Position numbers and translations under genes: made by a program. A DNA stretch of 54,973 bases, from contig JBFWRP010000031.1 of assembly GCA_050248855.1 (NCBI GenBank), forward strand, positions 1-54,973, read 5' to 3'. Each line of letters begins with the position of its first letter. Position 1 is the stretch's first letter. Under the pieces are notes generated by a model. That model saw only the letters and a list, made by a program, of their open reading frames with translations. It had not been told where the DNA came from and searched no databases. Below are positions 16,848 through 29,475 of this stretch, one piece after another. Source of the DNA: Planctomycetota bacterium. Its GTDB lineage: Bacteria; Planctomycetota; PLA2; JAEUHO01.

Positions 16848-18971
16848 CTACGGGGCCAGCGGATCGCAGGGCTGCGCGCCCAGCAGCAAGGGGCTGGCCG
16901 CCTGGCTCGCGACGACCACGGAGCCGCAGCCGGCCGTCACCGTCTGCACGGTGATCTCGGAGACGAGCGTCTCCACGGCGCCGGCGCCGAGGTTCTCGAG
17001 CTGGATCGAGAGGCTGGCCTCGGTCAGCGTGCGCACGCCGAGGTTGGACAGCTTGGAGCGGATCTGCGCGGCAGCGGCCTGCGCGCCCTCGCCCGCGCCG
17101 GCGGGCGTGATCACGACCTGGCCGAAGTCGGCCTCGATGCGGAAGGGCAGCGTCTCCGTGATGATCAGCCCGGGGGTCGGGTCCGCGAACGCGGCGCCGA
17201 GCGTCGTGGCCTGGAAGCCCGTCGCGGCCGAGGCCGGCGGCGTCTGGCCCGCGAGGTACACGGTGATCGAAACGTTGAGGCTCTGGAGCGGGAACGTCGC
17301 CCCCGGCGTGGCCGCGATGTTGTCGCCGAACCCGACACCGGGCAGGTACGTGAGCGTGACCGGCACGGTGACCGTGGGCAGGTCACCCGCCTCGATGAGC
17401 ACGCCCGTGCCGCCCGCGGCGGGCAGGAACGTGGGGATCCACGCCGTGGCGTCCGGCGGGCCGACGAGGCGCTGGGCCACGTCCTCGAGCAGGTGGTCGG
17501 TGATCAGGGTCTCGTTGGCGCCCGTGTCGGGCGTGGCCGGCGTCGCCGTCGGGTCGATCGGCCAGACCGTGGCGAGGTTGTAGACCGCGGGAAGCAGGCG
17601 CGTGGCCAGCGTCTCGTCCTGGTAGCTGATCTCGCTACCGGTCAGGATCGACGTCGCGCTCAGCCACGTCCAGGGGCTCAGCGTGGGGTTGCCCAGCTGG
17701 CCCGGCGCGTTGCCCGGCGTCACGTCGTCGATGTCGGTGCCCGTGCCGTCGAAGCCGCCGTTGGGCTTGACCTGGTTGCTGACCAGGAAGGGCGCCGCCA
17801 GGCTGAAGACCTCGATGTGCAGGTCGTTGAGGGCGGCAATCGTCTCCTCGACGGTGGCAGCGCCGGTCGGCGCGATCTGCGGGTTGCCCGCCAGCGTCCC
17901 GAAGCGGGCCGTGGCGTTGTTGAAGGCCTGGGCCGTCACGATGCGCGCGCCGCGCGGGCCCGTGGCCGGCAGCACGGAGCTCGCCGTGGTGCCGGGCGTG
18001 CTCTGGATGTTGCCGGGCACCGGTCCCGAGAACGGCGCGATCGTGGCGATGTCGGAGGCCAGGACCACGAAGCGCGACGCGTTGTTGCGCCAGCCCATGC
18101 CGCCGATGTTGCCCGAAGCGATGCAGGGGACGCTGGCCCCTCCGCCGAGGGGATCGGGGATCTGCGTGACGGTGCCGTTCTCGTCGCGCACGTAGAACAC
18201 GGGGCGCCCGTCCGGGTCGGACTCGTCGGCGGTGTTCGCGAACGTGACCGCGGGGACGTCGCCCGACGCGCCCGGCGTGAGCTGGGTCGCCAGCGCGCAG
18301 GGCGCGCCGCTGCCGAGCGTTCCGGCGGCGCCGTCCACGTCAAGGCCAGCTCCCGTGGCGATCTGGTAGAGCGCCTCGAGGCCCGAGTTGGGGTCGGAGA
18401 AGGTCGGCACGCCACCGATGATGCGGCGGCCATCGCCCGGCGTGGTGCGCGACATCGCGCTCGTGAAGAGCGCGCTGAACTGCGGGTGCGCCGCGCGAAG
18501 GACCGGCATCTGCAGCACCCAGGGGCGCGCACCGGAGTCCAACGCGAAGCTGCGGCCCGTCTCGGCGAACGTACCGCCGTAGTCCTCGAAGCGGCCGACG
18601 CCGAACGCGAGGTCGAAGCTCTCGAGCGGGTAACGGGCCTGCAGCGAGGCCAGGATGTTGGCCTGCAGGTGGCGCATGATCGCCTGGGCGGCAATCGTGC
18701 GCCGGCGTGCGTCGGTCAACAGGTTCTGGGGGATCAGCCCCAGCGCGACGTTCTCCATCGTCCAGCCGTCATCGAGGACGAAGACGATGTCGATCTGGCG
18801 CGCACCGGGGGTCGAGTCCGACTCGACCGGGCACGGCGGCAGCTCGGTGCCGGGGCGGATGGTCGCGGACTCGAAGCCAGGCGTCGTAAGGGTCGTGTAC
18901 GAGTCCGACCCGCAGCCGCAGCCCGCGAGGGCAAGCAGCAGGGCGACCGAGAGCGAGTTGCGCAGCGTCAT
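16848..18971 (-). CDS. Lipoprotein with integrin-beta-like vWA domain, 707 aa
   Basis: Lipobox LALAG-C; IDIVFVLDDGWTM; FGVGRFEDY; SGLEALYQIATG; GWRNNASRFVVLASD. Confidence 0.75.
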   Translation of the reverse strand: MTLRNSLSVALLLALAGCGCGSDSYTTLTTPGFESATIRPGTELPPCPVESDSTPGARQIDIVFVLDDGWTMENVALGLIPQNLLTDARRRTIAAQAIMRHLQANILASLQARYPLESFDLAFGVGRFEDYGGTFAETGRSFALDSGARPWVLQMPVLRAAHPQFSALFTSAMSRTTPGDGRRIIGGVPTFSDPNSGLEALYQIATGAGLDVDGAAGTLGSGAPCALATQLTPGASGDVPAVTFANTADESDPDGRPVFYVRDENGTVTQIPDPLGGGASVPCIASGNIGGMGWRNNASRFVVLASDIATIAPFSGPVPGNIQSTPGTTASSVLPATGPRGARIVTAQAFNNATARFGTLAGNPQIAPTGAATVEETIAALNDLHIEVFSLAAPFLVSNQVKPNGGFDGTGTDIDDVTPGNAPGQLGNPTLSPWTWLSATSILTGSEISYQDETLATRLLPAVYNLATVWPIDPTATPATPDTGANETLITDHLLEDVAQRLVGPPDATAWIPTFLPAAGGTGVLIEAGDLPTVTVPVTLTYLPGVGFGDNIAATPGATFPLQSLNVSITVYLAGQTPPASAATGFQATTLGAAFADPTPGLIITETLPFRIEADFGQVVITPAGAGEGAQAAAAQIRSKLSNLGVRTLTEASLSIQLENLGAGAVETLVSEITVQTVTAGCGSVVVASQAASPLLLGAQPCDPLAP

Positions 18972-19264
18972 GGCGGCGATCTCCAGCGCGGGCGAGGCAG
19001 CACGTGCCCGGCTCGCGGAGGGCTCTGGAGGAGCCCTTCCCGCCAGCACGAAGGCACATGCCGGGCCCGCGCCGGGAAACACCCGGCCACGGCGCCCTGC
19101 CAACCACGCAAGTCCTTGTCTTATAGCGACTTGGGGCCTTCCACGACCCCTGGCGACCCGCCGGGCGCATCCCCGCGTCCCGTCGATCCGCCGCATCGCG
19201 CGTTGTCTTCCCGCGACATGGGGGCGGGCGAACGCTCGCCAGCCCCCCTGCGCGGACGAATGTC

Positions 19265-20440
19265 CTAGAAGTCGAGCTCGACCTCGATGACCGGTGCGAT
19301 CTGCCAGAGCCAGCGGCTCTGGCCGTCATTGGCCGGGTCGCGGCGCGTGACGGTGGTGTCCATGCCATGGACGTTGAGGCCTGCGCGCACGCGCAGGTTG
19401 CGGCTCAGGAGGTAGCCGATGCCGGCCTCGGCGTAGCCCTCGAAGCCGTCGTCGTCGTCGATGTAGTCCTCGGTCGTGTAGTAGCCGGCGCCCAGGCCCG
19501 CCCACCAGTAGAAGCGGCTGTTGCGCCCGAACGGACGCTCCATCGTGAGCTTCAGGCCCAGGTGGTGCCAGTTGCCGCCGTCCATCGAGATCGTCGAGCC
19601 GGGGTCGTTGCGGTCGAACTTGCCGCTGTTCCAGCGGTAGTAGGCGTCCAAGCCCCAGCAGCCGCAGAAGGTGCGGCCGATGTCGACGCCCCAGTAGTCG
19701 CAGTCCCCACCCGGGTCGTCGCCTTCGTAGAAGACGCGCCCGAGGACGCCGCGGATGTGCCACTGGCTGACGCCGCTCATGCACGGCAGCCCGCAGACGG
19801 GTGCGCACGCCCCGCGGGAGGTGACGGCCGCGGGCTGGGTCACGAAGCGGCGGGTGGCCACGGGCTGGGCCACGGGAGCCGGGGCGTCCAGCGCTGCCAG
19901 CGCCTCCGCACTGACGGTCTCCGAGCGGGGCGCCGTCCACGCGTCCGACGGCACCTCGTAGGTCTCCGGCGGCGTCGCGGCGCAAGCACCGCCCAGGGCT
20001 CCCAGCGACGAGGCCTCCGCCGAGGGAGCGCCCTGGCCGACGCGACGCACGAGCGGCGCCGGCGTCGCGGTGGTGGCGACGGGCCGCCTGGCGGGCACGT
20101 CGACGACCTCGTACCGGCTGGGCGGCGTCCACGCGGGAGCGGACATGCCGGGCGCGCTCGCCGCACGCGGGGCTGCGGGCATGGCCCGGCTCGTCGCCGG
20201 CACCTCGCGCGGAGCCGAGGAGGCGCCACGCCACTGCGACGCGGCCATCGGAGGCGGCGGGGGCGGAGGCGTCGTCCAGCCGCCGCTCCCGGCATGTGCG
20301 ATCGAGGTCGGCGAGCCGTCGTTCGCGGCCGCTACGCCCGACCAGGCACAGATCAGCGCAAAGGCCAGCAGCCCGGCGACGAAACGTGCGGACCGATGCG
20401 CACGGTGGACGGTCCGTCCCCCCTGGAAGCGACGCAGCAT
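19265..20440 (-). CDS. Outer-membrane beta-barrel protein with long Pro/Ala-rich N-terminal region, 391 aa
   Basis: Signal peptide, low-complexity linker, amphipathic aromatic-rich strands (RFYWWAGLGAGYY, GYAEAGIGYLL) and a C-terminal Phe (IEVELDF). RBS GGAGG. Confidence 0.75.
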   Translation of the reverse strand: MLRRFQGGRTVHRAHRSARFVAGLLAFALICAWSGVAAANDGSPTSIAHAGSGGWTTPPPPPPPMAASQWRGASSAPREVPATSRAMPAAPRAASAPGMSAPAWTPPSRYEVVDVPARRPVATTATPAPLVRRVGQGAPSAEASSLGALGGACAATPPETYEVPSDAWTAPRSETVSAEALAALDAPAPVAQPVATRRFVTQPAAVTSRGACAPVCGLPCMSGVSQWHIRGVLGRVFYEGDDPGGDCDYWGVDIGRTFCGCWGLDAYYRWNSGKFDRNDPGSTISMDGGNWHHLGLKLTMERPFGRNSRFYWWAGLGAGYYTTEDYIDDDDGFEGYAEAGIGYLLSRNLRVRAGLNVHGMDTTVTRRDPANDGQSRWLWQIAPVIEVELDF

Positions 20441-20652
20441 GGTGTTCCCTCCGTGGCGGCCCTTGCCGCCCCCCGCACGCACGACGACCGCAGCCGTCTC
20501 CCGCCCTGTCCCGCGGTGTGGGGACCGGTGCTCGCACGTCGGGGAAGGTCCCAGGGTAGATAGGCCTGCGTGGGGCGGCAAGTCCGCCGGAATCAGGTCC
20601 CTGGTCCTGTCAGCGGATTGGCAGGGACGGCGCCGACCGAGGAGCTGGGAAC

Positions 20653-21309
20653 GTGCCGCCCGATCCCCCCTTGCCCCCCGACGACGACGAGGCGGATGAA
20701 GCCGACCTCGCGGGCCTCGTCGCCTACGGGGGGGACCTCGACGAAGGGACCCTCCGACAGGCCTACGCCGGAGGGTTGTTCCCCTGGTACGCGACGGGCG
20801 ACCCGATCCTCTGGTGGTCGCCGGACCCGCGCGCGGTCCTGCACCCCTTGAGCGACCTCCACGTGCCCCGCCGCCTGCGCCGGGTCCTCGAGCGGGATGA
20901 CGTCGAGGTGCGGATCGACGGCGACGTCGGGCGCGTGGCCCGCGCCTGCGCGGACGCGCGGCAGGGCGCGACGTGGATCCACCCCGAGATGATCGAGGCC
21001 TACGCCGCGCTCGGGCGCGCCGGCGACGCCCGGGCCGTGGAGGTCTGGCGGGAGGGCCACTTCGTGGGCGGCGTCTACGGCGTGGTCGTGGGGGCGGTGT
21101 TCTGCGCCGAGTCGATGGTCCACCTCGAGACGGACATGTCCAAGGTGGCCTTCGTGCGCCTGGTCGAGCACCTGCGTGCGCGGGGCTTCGAGCTGCTCGA
21201 TGCGCAGCTCATGACGCCGCATCTCGCCCGCTTCGGCGTCCGCCCCATGCCGCGCGCCGAGTACCTTGCGCGGCTGGCTTCGCTGCGGGAGCGCTGCGTG
21301 GCCTGGTAG
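20653..21309 (+). CDS. aat: Leucyl/phenylalanyl-tRNA--protein transferase
   Basis: GGDL..LRQAYAGGLFPW, ILWWSPDPRAVL, TWI, EVW..GGVYGV..GAVFCAESM, SKVA, LLDAQ..TPHL..FG. Confidence 0.95.
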   Translation: MPPDPPLPPDDDEADEADLAGLVAYGGDLDEGTLRQAYAGGLFPWYATGDPILWWSPDPRAVLHPLSDLHVPRRLRRVLERDDVEVRIDGDVGRVARACADARQGATWIHPEMIEAYAALGRAGDARAVEVWREGHFVGGVYGVVVGAVFCAESMVHLETDMSKVAFVRLVEHLRARGFELLDAQLMTPHLARFGVRPMPRAEYLARLASLRERCVAW

Positions 21310-21329
21310 GCCCGCCTGCGCGGCGCCAG

Positions 21330-21749
21330 CTAGCTCCGTTGCGCGACGCGCAGGCGAGCGCGAGCGCGGTCTTCGGCCGCGAGGCGCGCGTCGATGGCAT
21401 CGTCGCCCACGGCGTCCCGTGCGATCGCTTCGGCCAGCTCGCGCTCGGCGTCGGCCACCTTGAGGGCGCTGGCCCGGCGCACGCTCTCGGCGAGCACCAC
21501 GACCTCGTTGTCGGCCACCTGGACCACGCCGCCCGCGAGGTAGTAGCGCTCGGGCGTGCCACCGGCGGCGGGGCTGATGCGCATCTCGCCGACGCCAAGC
21601 AGGCCGACGAAGGGGGCGTGGTCGTGCTGGAAGGCGACTTCGCCGTCGAACGCCGGCACGACCACCTGGCTGGCCTGGCCTTCGTACGCCGAGCCTTCCG
21701 GCGTGACCACCGCCACGTGGAGGGCACCGTGGGCCTTTGCGTCGCTCAT
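21330..21749 (-). CDS. atpC: ATP synthase F1 epsilon
   Basis: LHVAVVTPEG, VVVPAFDGEV..HDHAP, GGVVQV..NEVVVLAE; last gene of the atp operon. Confidence 0.93.
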   Translation of the reverse strand: MSDAKAHGALHVAVVTPEGSAYEGQASQVVVPAFDGEVAFQHDHAPFVGLLGVGEMRISPAAGGTPERYYLAGGVVQVADNEVVVLAESVRRASALKVADAERELAEAIARDAVGDDAIDARLAAEDRARARLRVAQRS

Positions 21750-21798
21750 CGGGAAGCCTCCGACCGCTGCCTGCACCCGCTACGTCCGACCGACGAGG

Positions 21799-24215
<2,417 letters not shown>

Positions 24216-24296
24216 GGAACCTCGGGAAGACGCGTGGTGGGGGACGGGAAGGAACCAGGTGCCGGGGGCCGCGGTGGGGCCCCCGGGGGGGAAGCG

Positions 24297-25835
24297 CTAG
24301 CGCGGGTCGGGCGTGCTGCCGGCCAGGAAGGCGCGTGTGAACTCGGCGCAGATGCGGTCGAGCTCGGCGTCGTTGCCATCGTCCAGCGTGGGCTTCTCGA
24401 CCATCTTCTCGCGGAAGGGGCCGTGGCTGTCCTTGAGGTAGGCCAAGAGACCTTCCTCGTAGCGGCGGACGTCGGCGATGTCGATGTCGTCGAGGTGACC
24501 GTTGGCCGCGGCGAAGATGATCGCCACCTGGTCGACCACGTGCAGCGGCTTGAACTGCGGCTGCTTCAGGATCTCGACCATGCGCCGACCGCGGTCGAGG
24601 CGGGCCTGCGTCGCCGCGTCCAGGTCCGTGCCCAGCTGCGCGAAGGCCTCGAGCTCGCGGAAGGCGGCCAGGTCCAGGCGCAAGCCGCCGGCCACCTTCT
24701 TGTGCTTCATGGCCTTCACCTGCGCCGAGCCGCCCACGCGCGACACCGAGATGCCGACGTCGATGGCCGGGCGCACGTTGGCACGGAACAGGTCGGGCTG
24801 CAGGTAGATCTGGCCGTCCGTGATCGAGATCACGTTGGTCGGGATGTAGGCCGAGACCTCACCCTCCTGCGTCTCGATGATCGGCAGCGCCGTCAGCGAG
24901 CCGCCACCCATCTCGTCGGACAGCTTGACGGCGCGCTCGAGCAAGCGGCTGTGCAGGTAGAAGACGTCGCCGGGGTAGGCCTCGCGACCGGGCGGACGGC
25001 GCAGGAGCAACGACAGCTCGCGGTAGGCCACGGCCTGCTTGGACAGGTCGTCGTAGACCACGAGCGTGTGCTTCTTGTCCTCGTACATGAGGTGCTCGGC
25101 CATCGCGCAGCCCGTGTAGGGGGCGATGTACTGCATGGGCGCCGGGTCCGACGCGCCGGCCACGACCACCGTCGTGTAGTCCATGGCGCCCGCGCGCTCG
25201 AGGTCGGCGACCACGCCCGCCACCGTCGAGTCCTTCTGGCCGACGGCGACGTAGAAGCAGTGCACGCCGGTCCCGCGCTGGTTGATGATGGCATCCACCG
25301 CAATGGCCGTCTTGCCGGTCTTGCGGTCGCCGATGATCAGCTGGCGCTGGCCGCGGCCGATCGGCGTCATGGCGTCGATGGCCTTGAGACCGGTCTGCAG
25401 CGGCTCCTTCACGGGCTGCCGGAAGGCGATGCCCGGCGCGATCATCTCGACCGGACGGCGCGTGGAGGTCTCGATGGGACCCTTGCCGTCGATCGGGTTG
25501 CCGAGCGCGTCCACGACGCGTCCGACGACCGCGGGGCCGACGGGCACGTCGAGCAGCTGGCCCGTGCGGCGCACGGTCATGCCCTCGCGCAGCTCGCGGT
25601 CGTCGCCGAGCACGACGGCGCCGATCGAGCCCTCTTCCAGGTTGAAGACCTGGGCGCGGACGCCGTTCTCGAACTCGAGCATCTCGCCCGCCGCGGCCTT
25701 CTCCAGGCCGTAGATGCGCGCGATGCCGTCGCCGACCTCGAGGACGGTGCCGACCTCGGCCACGTCGACCTTGGACTCGAACTCCTCGAGCTCCTTGCGG
25801 ATGACCGAGGTGATCTCCTCAGGATTGAAGCGCAT
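24297..25835 (-). CDS. atpA: ATP synthase F1 alpha
   Basis: [58 protein letters not shown]. Confidence 0.99.
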   Translation of the reverse strand: MRFNPEEITSVIRKELEEFESKVDVAEVGTVLEVGDGIARIYGLEKAAAGEMLEFENGVRAQVFNLEEGSIGAVVLGDDRELREGMTVRRTGQLLDVPVGPAVVGRVVDALGNPIDGKGPIETSTRRPVEMIAPGIAFRQPVKEPLQTGLKAIDAMTPIGRGQRQLIIGDRKTGKTAIAVDAIINQRGTGVHCFYVAVGQKDSTVAGVVADLERAGAMDYTTVVVAGASDPAPMQYIAPYTGCAMAEHLMYEDKKHTLVVYDDLSKQAVAYRELSLLLRRPPGREAYPGDVFYLHSRLLERAVKLSDEMGGGSLTALPIIETQEGEVSAYIPTNVISITDGQIYLQPDLFRANVRPAIDVGISVSRVGGSAQVKAMKHKKVAGGLRLDLAAFRELEAFAQLGTDLDAATQARLDRGRRMVEILKQPQFKPLHVVDQVAIIFAAANGHLDDIDIADVRRYEEGLLAYLKDSHGPFREKMVEKPTLDDGNDAELDRICAEFTRAFLAGSTPDPR

Positions 25836-26394
25836 GCTGGCGTCCCTTCGCGATGATCTGGGTCCGGAGCTCGGCCAGGCGACGACGGGCACTGCCGTCG
25901 GCGACCTCGTCACCGACGCGCAGGATCGCGCCGGCGAGAATCTCGGGCCGCACCTCGTGGCGGATCTTGGGCTCGCCGCCGACGGCCTGGCGGATGCGGT
26001 CCGTCCAGGTGCGCAGCGAGACCTCGTCCACGGGGACGGCGGTGGTCAGCGTCACGGGCACGCGGCCCAGGCGCGCGTCGAGCAGCGTCTGGAACGCATC
26101 GCCGATGTCGGCCAACAGCTCCAGGCGGCCGCGCTTCAGGAGCAGCCGCAGGAAGTTGGCCACGAGCGTCGGCATCGACCCGCTGACGAGCGTGTCGAGC
26201 GTGCGGCGCTTGGCCGTGGCCGGCACGTTCGACGAGAGGAAGTAGGCGCGGAACGAGCGGTCCGTGCGCCACGCCGCGGCGAGACCCGCCATGGCCGGCT
26301 CGGCCTCGCGGAGCGCCTCCAGGCCGCCACCCGCCATCAGCGCTTCTTCCAGCGCGCGGGCGTAGACGGTCGAGCCAGGCTGGGACGTGGCCAT
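25819..26394 (-). CDS. atpH: ATP synthase F1 delta
   Basis: [38 protein letters not shown]; located between atpF and atpA. Confidence 0.93.
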   Translation of the reverse strand: MATSQPGSTVYARALEEALMAGGGLEALREAEPAMAGLAAAWRTDRSFRAYFLSSNVPATAKRRTLDTLVSGSMPTLVANFLRLLLKRGRLELLADIGDAFQTLLDARLGRVPVTLTTAVPVDEVSLRTWTDRIRQAVGGEPKIRHEVRPEILAGAILRVGDEVADGSARRRLAELRTQIIAKGRQHALQS

Positions 26395-26999
26395 CAGGCC
26401 TTGCCCCCGCGGCGCTTGGCCGCGTACTCGCCCACGACCTCGGCGACGAGGGCGGCGTGGGCCTCGGGCGAGAGCTCGCGGCCGATGATCTTGCCGGCCG
26501 CCTCGCTGGCGATCCCGGCGGCGTCGCGGACGAGCTTGTCCCAGGCGGTCGCCGTGATCTGCTCGATCTCGATCCGGGCGCGGGCGACGGTCTCGTCGGC
26601 GGCGCGGCGGCCGTCGGCCTCGATCTGGGCCTTGATGTCGCGGGCGTCCTTGCGGGCCTCCTCGGCGATCGAGGCGGCCTCTTCCCGCGCCTGGTCCAGG
26701 CGCGACTCGTACTCGGCGATCAGCTCGCGGGCGCGCACGTTGGCCTTCTCGGCCTCGTCGAGCGCACTGGCGATGCGCTCTTCGCGGGTCTTCATGCCGG
26801 CGAGGATCGGCTTCCACGCGAACTTGCCGAGCACGGCCAGCAGGATGAGGAAGACCACGATCGCCGTGATCGCGGTCCACATGTCCACGTCGAGCAGGCC
26901 GGGCTTGGCTTCGCCGCCGTGCGCGTCCGCCGCCCACGCCGGGGCAGCGACCACGAACAGCGCAAGCGCGAGGAAGAGCAGTCGGGAGGAAAGGCGCAT
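26394..26999 (-). CDS. atpF: ATP synthase Fo subunit b
   Basis: VFLILLAVLGKFAWKPILAGMKTREERI followed by a coiled coil. Confidence 0.95.
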   Translation of the reverse strand: MRLSSRLLFLALALFVVAAPAWAADAHGGEAKPGLLDVDMWTAITAIVVFLILLAVLGKFAWKPILAGMKTREERIASALDEAEKANVRARELIAEYESRLDQAREEAASIAEEARKDARDIKAQIEADGRRAADETVARARIEIEQITATAWDKLVRDAAGIASEAAGKIIGRELSPEAHAALVAEVVGEYAAKRRGGKA

Positions 27000-27148
27000 C
27001 AGGGCCTCCGCGAGAACGGTTGCAACGTGCGGATGGACCCGCGGACCTCGGGCGAGGCTCGCGGTCCTTGTCGTGCCGGTCGCGAGGACGGGCGGCCCGC
27101 TCCGTCAAGAGCGGGCCGCCGCGACCGCCGCGTCCGACGCAGCGGTGA

Positions 27149-27409
27149 CTACCCGCCGATGCCGCCCTTGATGAGGCAGACGATGAGGGCGAAGAACGTG
27201 AAGCCCTCGATGAGCGCGGCCGAGATGATCATGGCCGTCTGGATCTTGCCGGCGGCCTCGGGCTGGCGAGCCATCGACTCGACGGCCTTGCTGGCGATCG
27301 CGCCGATGCCGCGGGCGGCACCGATCGTGACCAGGCCGGCGCCGATCGCGGCGCCGATCACGGCCAAGTCGATCTCGGCCAGCACGTTCAGGAAGGACAG
27401 GAGCTCCAT
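27149..27409 (-). CDS. atpE: ATP synthase Fo subunit c
   Basis: GAGLVTIGAARGIG, MARQPEA, AALIEG. Confidence 0.97.
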   Translation of the reverse strand: MELLSFLNVLAEIDLAVIGAAIGAGLVTIGAARGIGAIASKAVESMARQPEAAGKIQTAMIISAALIEGFTFFALIVCLIKGGIGG

Positions 27410-27502
27410 GGTGTCGGGTTCCTTGTGGTCTCGGGCGCCGGGTCGGGCCCTCGGTGGTGGTTCTTCGGACGGGGGTCGATCTCCGCCGACGGTCCGCGGG
27501 AG

Positions 27503-28351
27503 CTAGTGCTCCGTGTGGATCGCCGCGGCGATGAACAGGGTGGTGAGGAAGGTGAAGATGTAGGCCTGCAAGAAGGCCACGAACAGCTCCAGCATCGAGA
27601 TGGCAACGGCGCCGACGATCGCGGCGAAGGACACGCCGAGCATGGCGCCTCCCGCCATGATCCCGAGGACCGCGAAGCCCCCGACCACGGCCAGCACCAA
27701 GTGCCCGGCCGTCATGTTGGCGAAGAGACGCACGGCCAACGCGAACGGCTTGACGAGTGCGCCGATGATCTCCAGCGGCACCATGAGCGGGGCGAGGGCC
27801 ATCGGCGCGTGGCCGAAGAAGAAGTTGTTCCAGTAGTGGCCGACGCCCTGCGTCTTCATGCCGCTGACATGGATGGCGAAGAACGCGACCAGGGCAAGGC
27901 CCGCCGTGATGGCGAGATTGCCCGTGGCCGTGCCGCCGACCCAGTGCATGAAGTGCACGTCGCCCGTGGCCAAGCCCGCCAGCGCGCCGAACGGGATCAT
28001 GCCCAGCAGGTTGGCCGTCAGGATGAGGAAGAAAAACGTCCAGAGCAGCGGCATGAAGCGATCGGTCGCATGGCCCAGCGCGGGCCGAGCCACCTCCTCG
28101 CGGATGTACTGCATGATCGCTTCGAGCGCGTTGCGGAAGCCCTTGGGCACCAGGGACTGCTTGCGCGCGACGATCGGGATCACGATCATCAGGAGCAACG
28201 CGGCGACGATCAGCATCACCAGGTGGTTGGTGACGCTGTAGCCGCTGAAGCTGAAGATCTCGTGCTTGAGCACGTGGGAGAGCGGATCGCCGGCAGCAAG
28301 CGGCGAGGCGAAGGGCACGAGCGACGCGAGTGCGGCGGGGGCCGGGATCAT
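27503..28351 (-). CDS. atpB: ATP synthase Fo subunit a
   Basis: ANLLGMIP, TATGNLAIT, KPFALAVRLFANMTAGH, ELFVAFLQAYIFTFL. Confidence 0.97.
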   Translation of the reverse strand: MIPAPAALASLVPFASPLAAGDPLSHVLKHEIFSFSGYSVTNHLVMLIVAALLLMIVIPIVARKQSLVPKGFRNALEAIMQYIREEVARPALGHATDRFMPLLWTFFFLILTANLLGMIPFGALAGLATGDVHFMHWVGGTATGNLAITAGLALVAFFAIHVSGMKTQGVGHYWNNFFFGHAPMALAPLMVPLEIIGALVKPFALAVRLFANMTAGHLVLAVVGGFAVLGIMAGGAMLGVSFAAIVGAVAISMLELFVAFLQAYIFTFLTTLFIAAAIHTEH

Positions 28352-28407
28352 CGGGCCTGCTCTCCTCCTTCCAAGGTCCCCTCGGGGGGCGGCCGACCCG
28401 CCTTCGC

Positions 28408-28926
28408 TCAGGCGTCGGGGCTCGCGCTGCCGTTCCCGGGACCGGCGCCTTGCGGGGCATCCGGGGCCGCCGGGGCGGTGTCGGAAGCGCGTGTTGCGTT
28501 TCCGGAATCCGTCCCGAGGGGGCTGGGATTCTGGCCGAACTCCCGCAGGGCGACGAACACTTCCACGGCCATCAGGGCCAAGTAGCCCAGGACGAGTCCA
28601 AGCGCGAACGGGCCCTTCGCGACGTCCGTTGCGAGCAACACGACGAGGGCCGCGAACAGCGTCACGAGCATGCGGATGCCCATGGCCATGAGCGCCAGCA
28701 GGCCCAAGCGTTCGGGGGGCGCGCCACGCGCTGCGCCGAGCCAGAGGGGCAGGAAGGCCAGCAAGGCGCCACCGAGCGCCAAGCCCACGCCGAGGGCCGC
28801 CGCTTGCAGGCCCTCGTCTCCGCTCCAAGCCTTGGCCGGCCAGGCCGCGAGGCCGAACGCAGCAAGGGCCACTCCGACCAGACGGGCCACCTGCACCGCG
28901 GGCGGAGCGGGCCTAGCTGCGGCCAT
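28408..28926 (-). CDS. ATP synthase I-like membrane protein
   Basis: Four TM segments; position directly upstream of atpB. Confidence 0.65.
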   Translation of the reverse strand: MAAARPAPPAVQVARLVGVALAAFGLAAWPAKAWSGDEGLQAAALGVGLALGGALLAFLPLWLGAARGAPPERLGLLALMAMGIRMLVTLFAALVVLLATDVAKGPFALGLVLGYLALMAVEVFVALREFGQNPSPLGTDSGNATRASDTAPAAPDAPQGAGPGNGSASPDA

Positions 28927-29245
28927 CGCGGCGTGCTTCGTCGTCGGCGTTCCCCTCGTGCGTGGCGCGGCGGACGATGCGCACCAGCGCGGCCGTGACG
29001 CCGATCATGGCCAGCGTCACGAGCAACCAGGGCGTGGTCCCGAACCGCCGGTCGAGCCACCAGCCGAGCGCGCCGAAGATGCCCACGGTGGCCGCCAGCT
29101 CGATGCCGACCGTGGCCCACGACATGGCGCTGCCCAGGCCGCCGTCGGCCTGGCGCTCCCAGTCCATGGTGGGGCGCTCGTAGCGGGGCGGCAGGTCGCC
29201 CGGGCGGTCTTCGGGAGGAGGGGGCGGCGGGGGTCTCTCGGCCAT
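28913..29245 (-). CDS. AtpZ/AtpI family protein
   Basis: VGIELAATVGIFGALGWWLDRRFGTTPWLLV; first gene of the atp operon. Confidence 0.85.
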   Translation of the reverse strand: MAERPPPPPPPEDRPGDLPPRYERPTMDWERQADGGLGSAMSWATVGIELAATVGIFGALGWWLDRRFGTTPWLLVTLAMIGVTAALVRIVRRATHEGNADDEARRDGRS

Positions 29246-29475
29246 GCGCCCATCCCTACCCGGCCCGCGACGCCCCGCCCCAGGCGTGTCGGGGTGGCCT
29301 GTCAAGCGAACAAGACACGAACTTCCGCAGGACCGCCGACGCGGCGCGCCGTGCGCGCTCACCTGGCCGGGCCGAGGGGCCGAAAGTAGGGGTGCGGCGC
29401 CCCGGCGCCCGCGCCAGGGGTGGCGGCGTGGACTCGCTGCCCGTGGCGCGGTGCGTCCGGGGCCCGGGAACCACG

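Noticed and set aside
27149..27409. Na+-translocating or N-type ATPase
   Set aside because: The c subunit has IEG rather than ES/T with the Na+-site Gln, and the gene order is the standard I-B-E-F-H-A-G-D-C.
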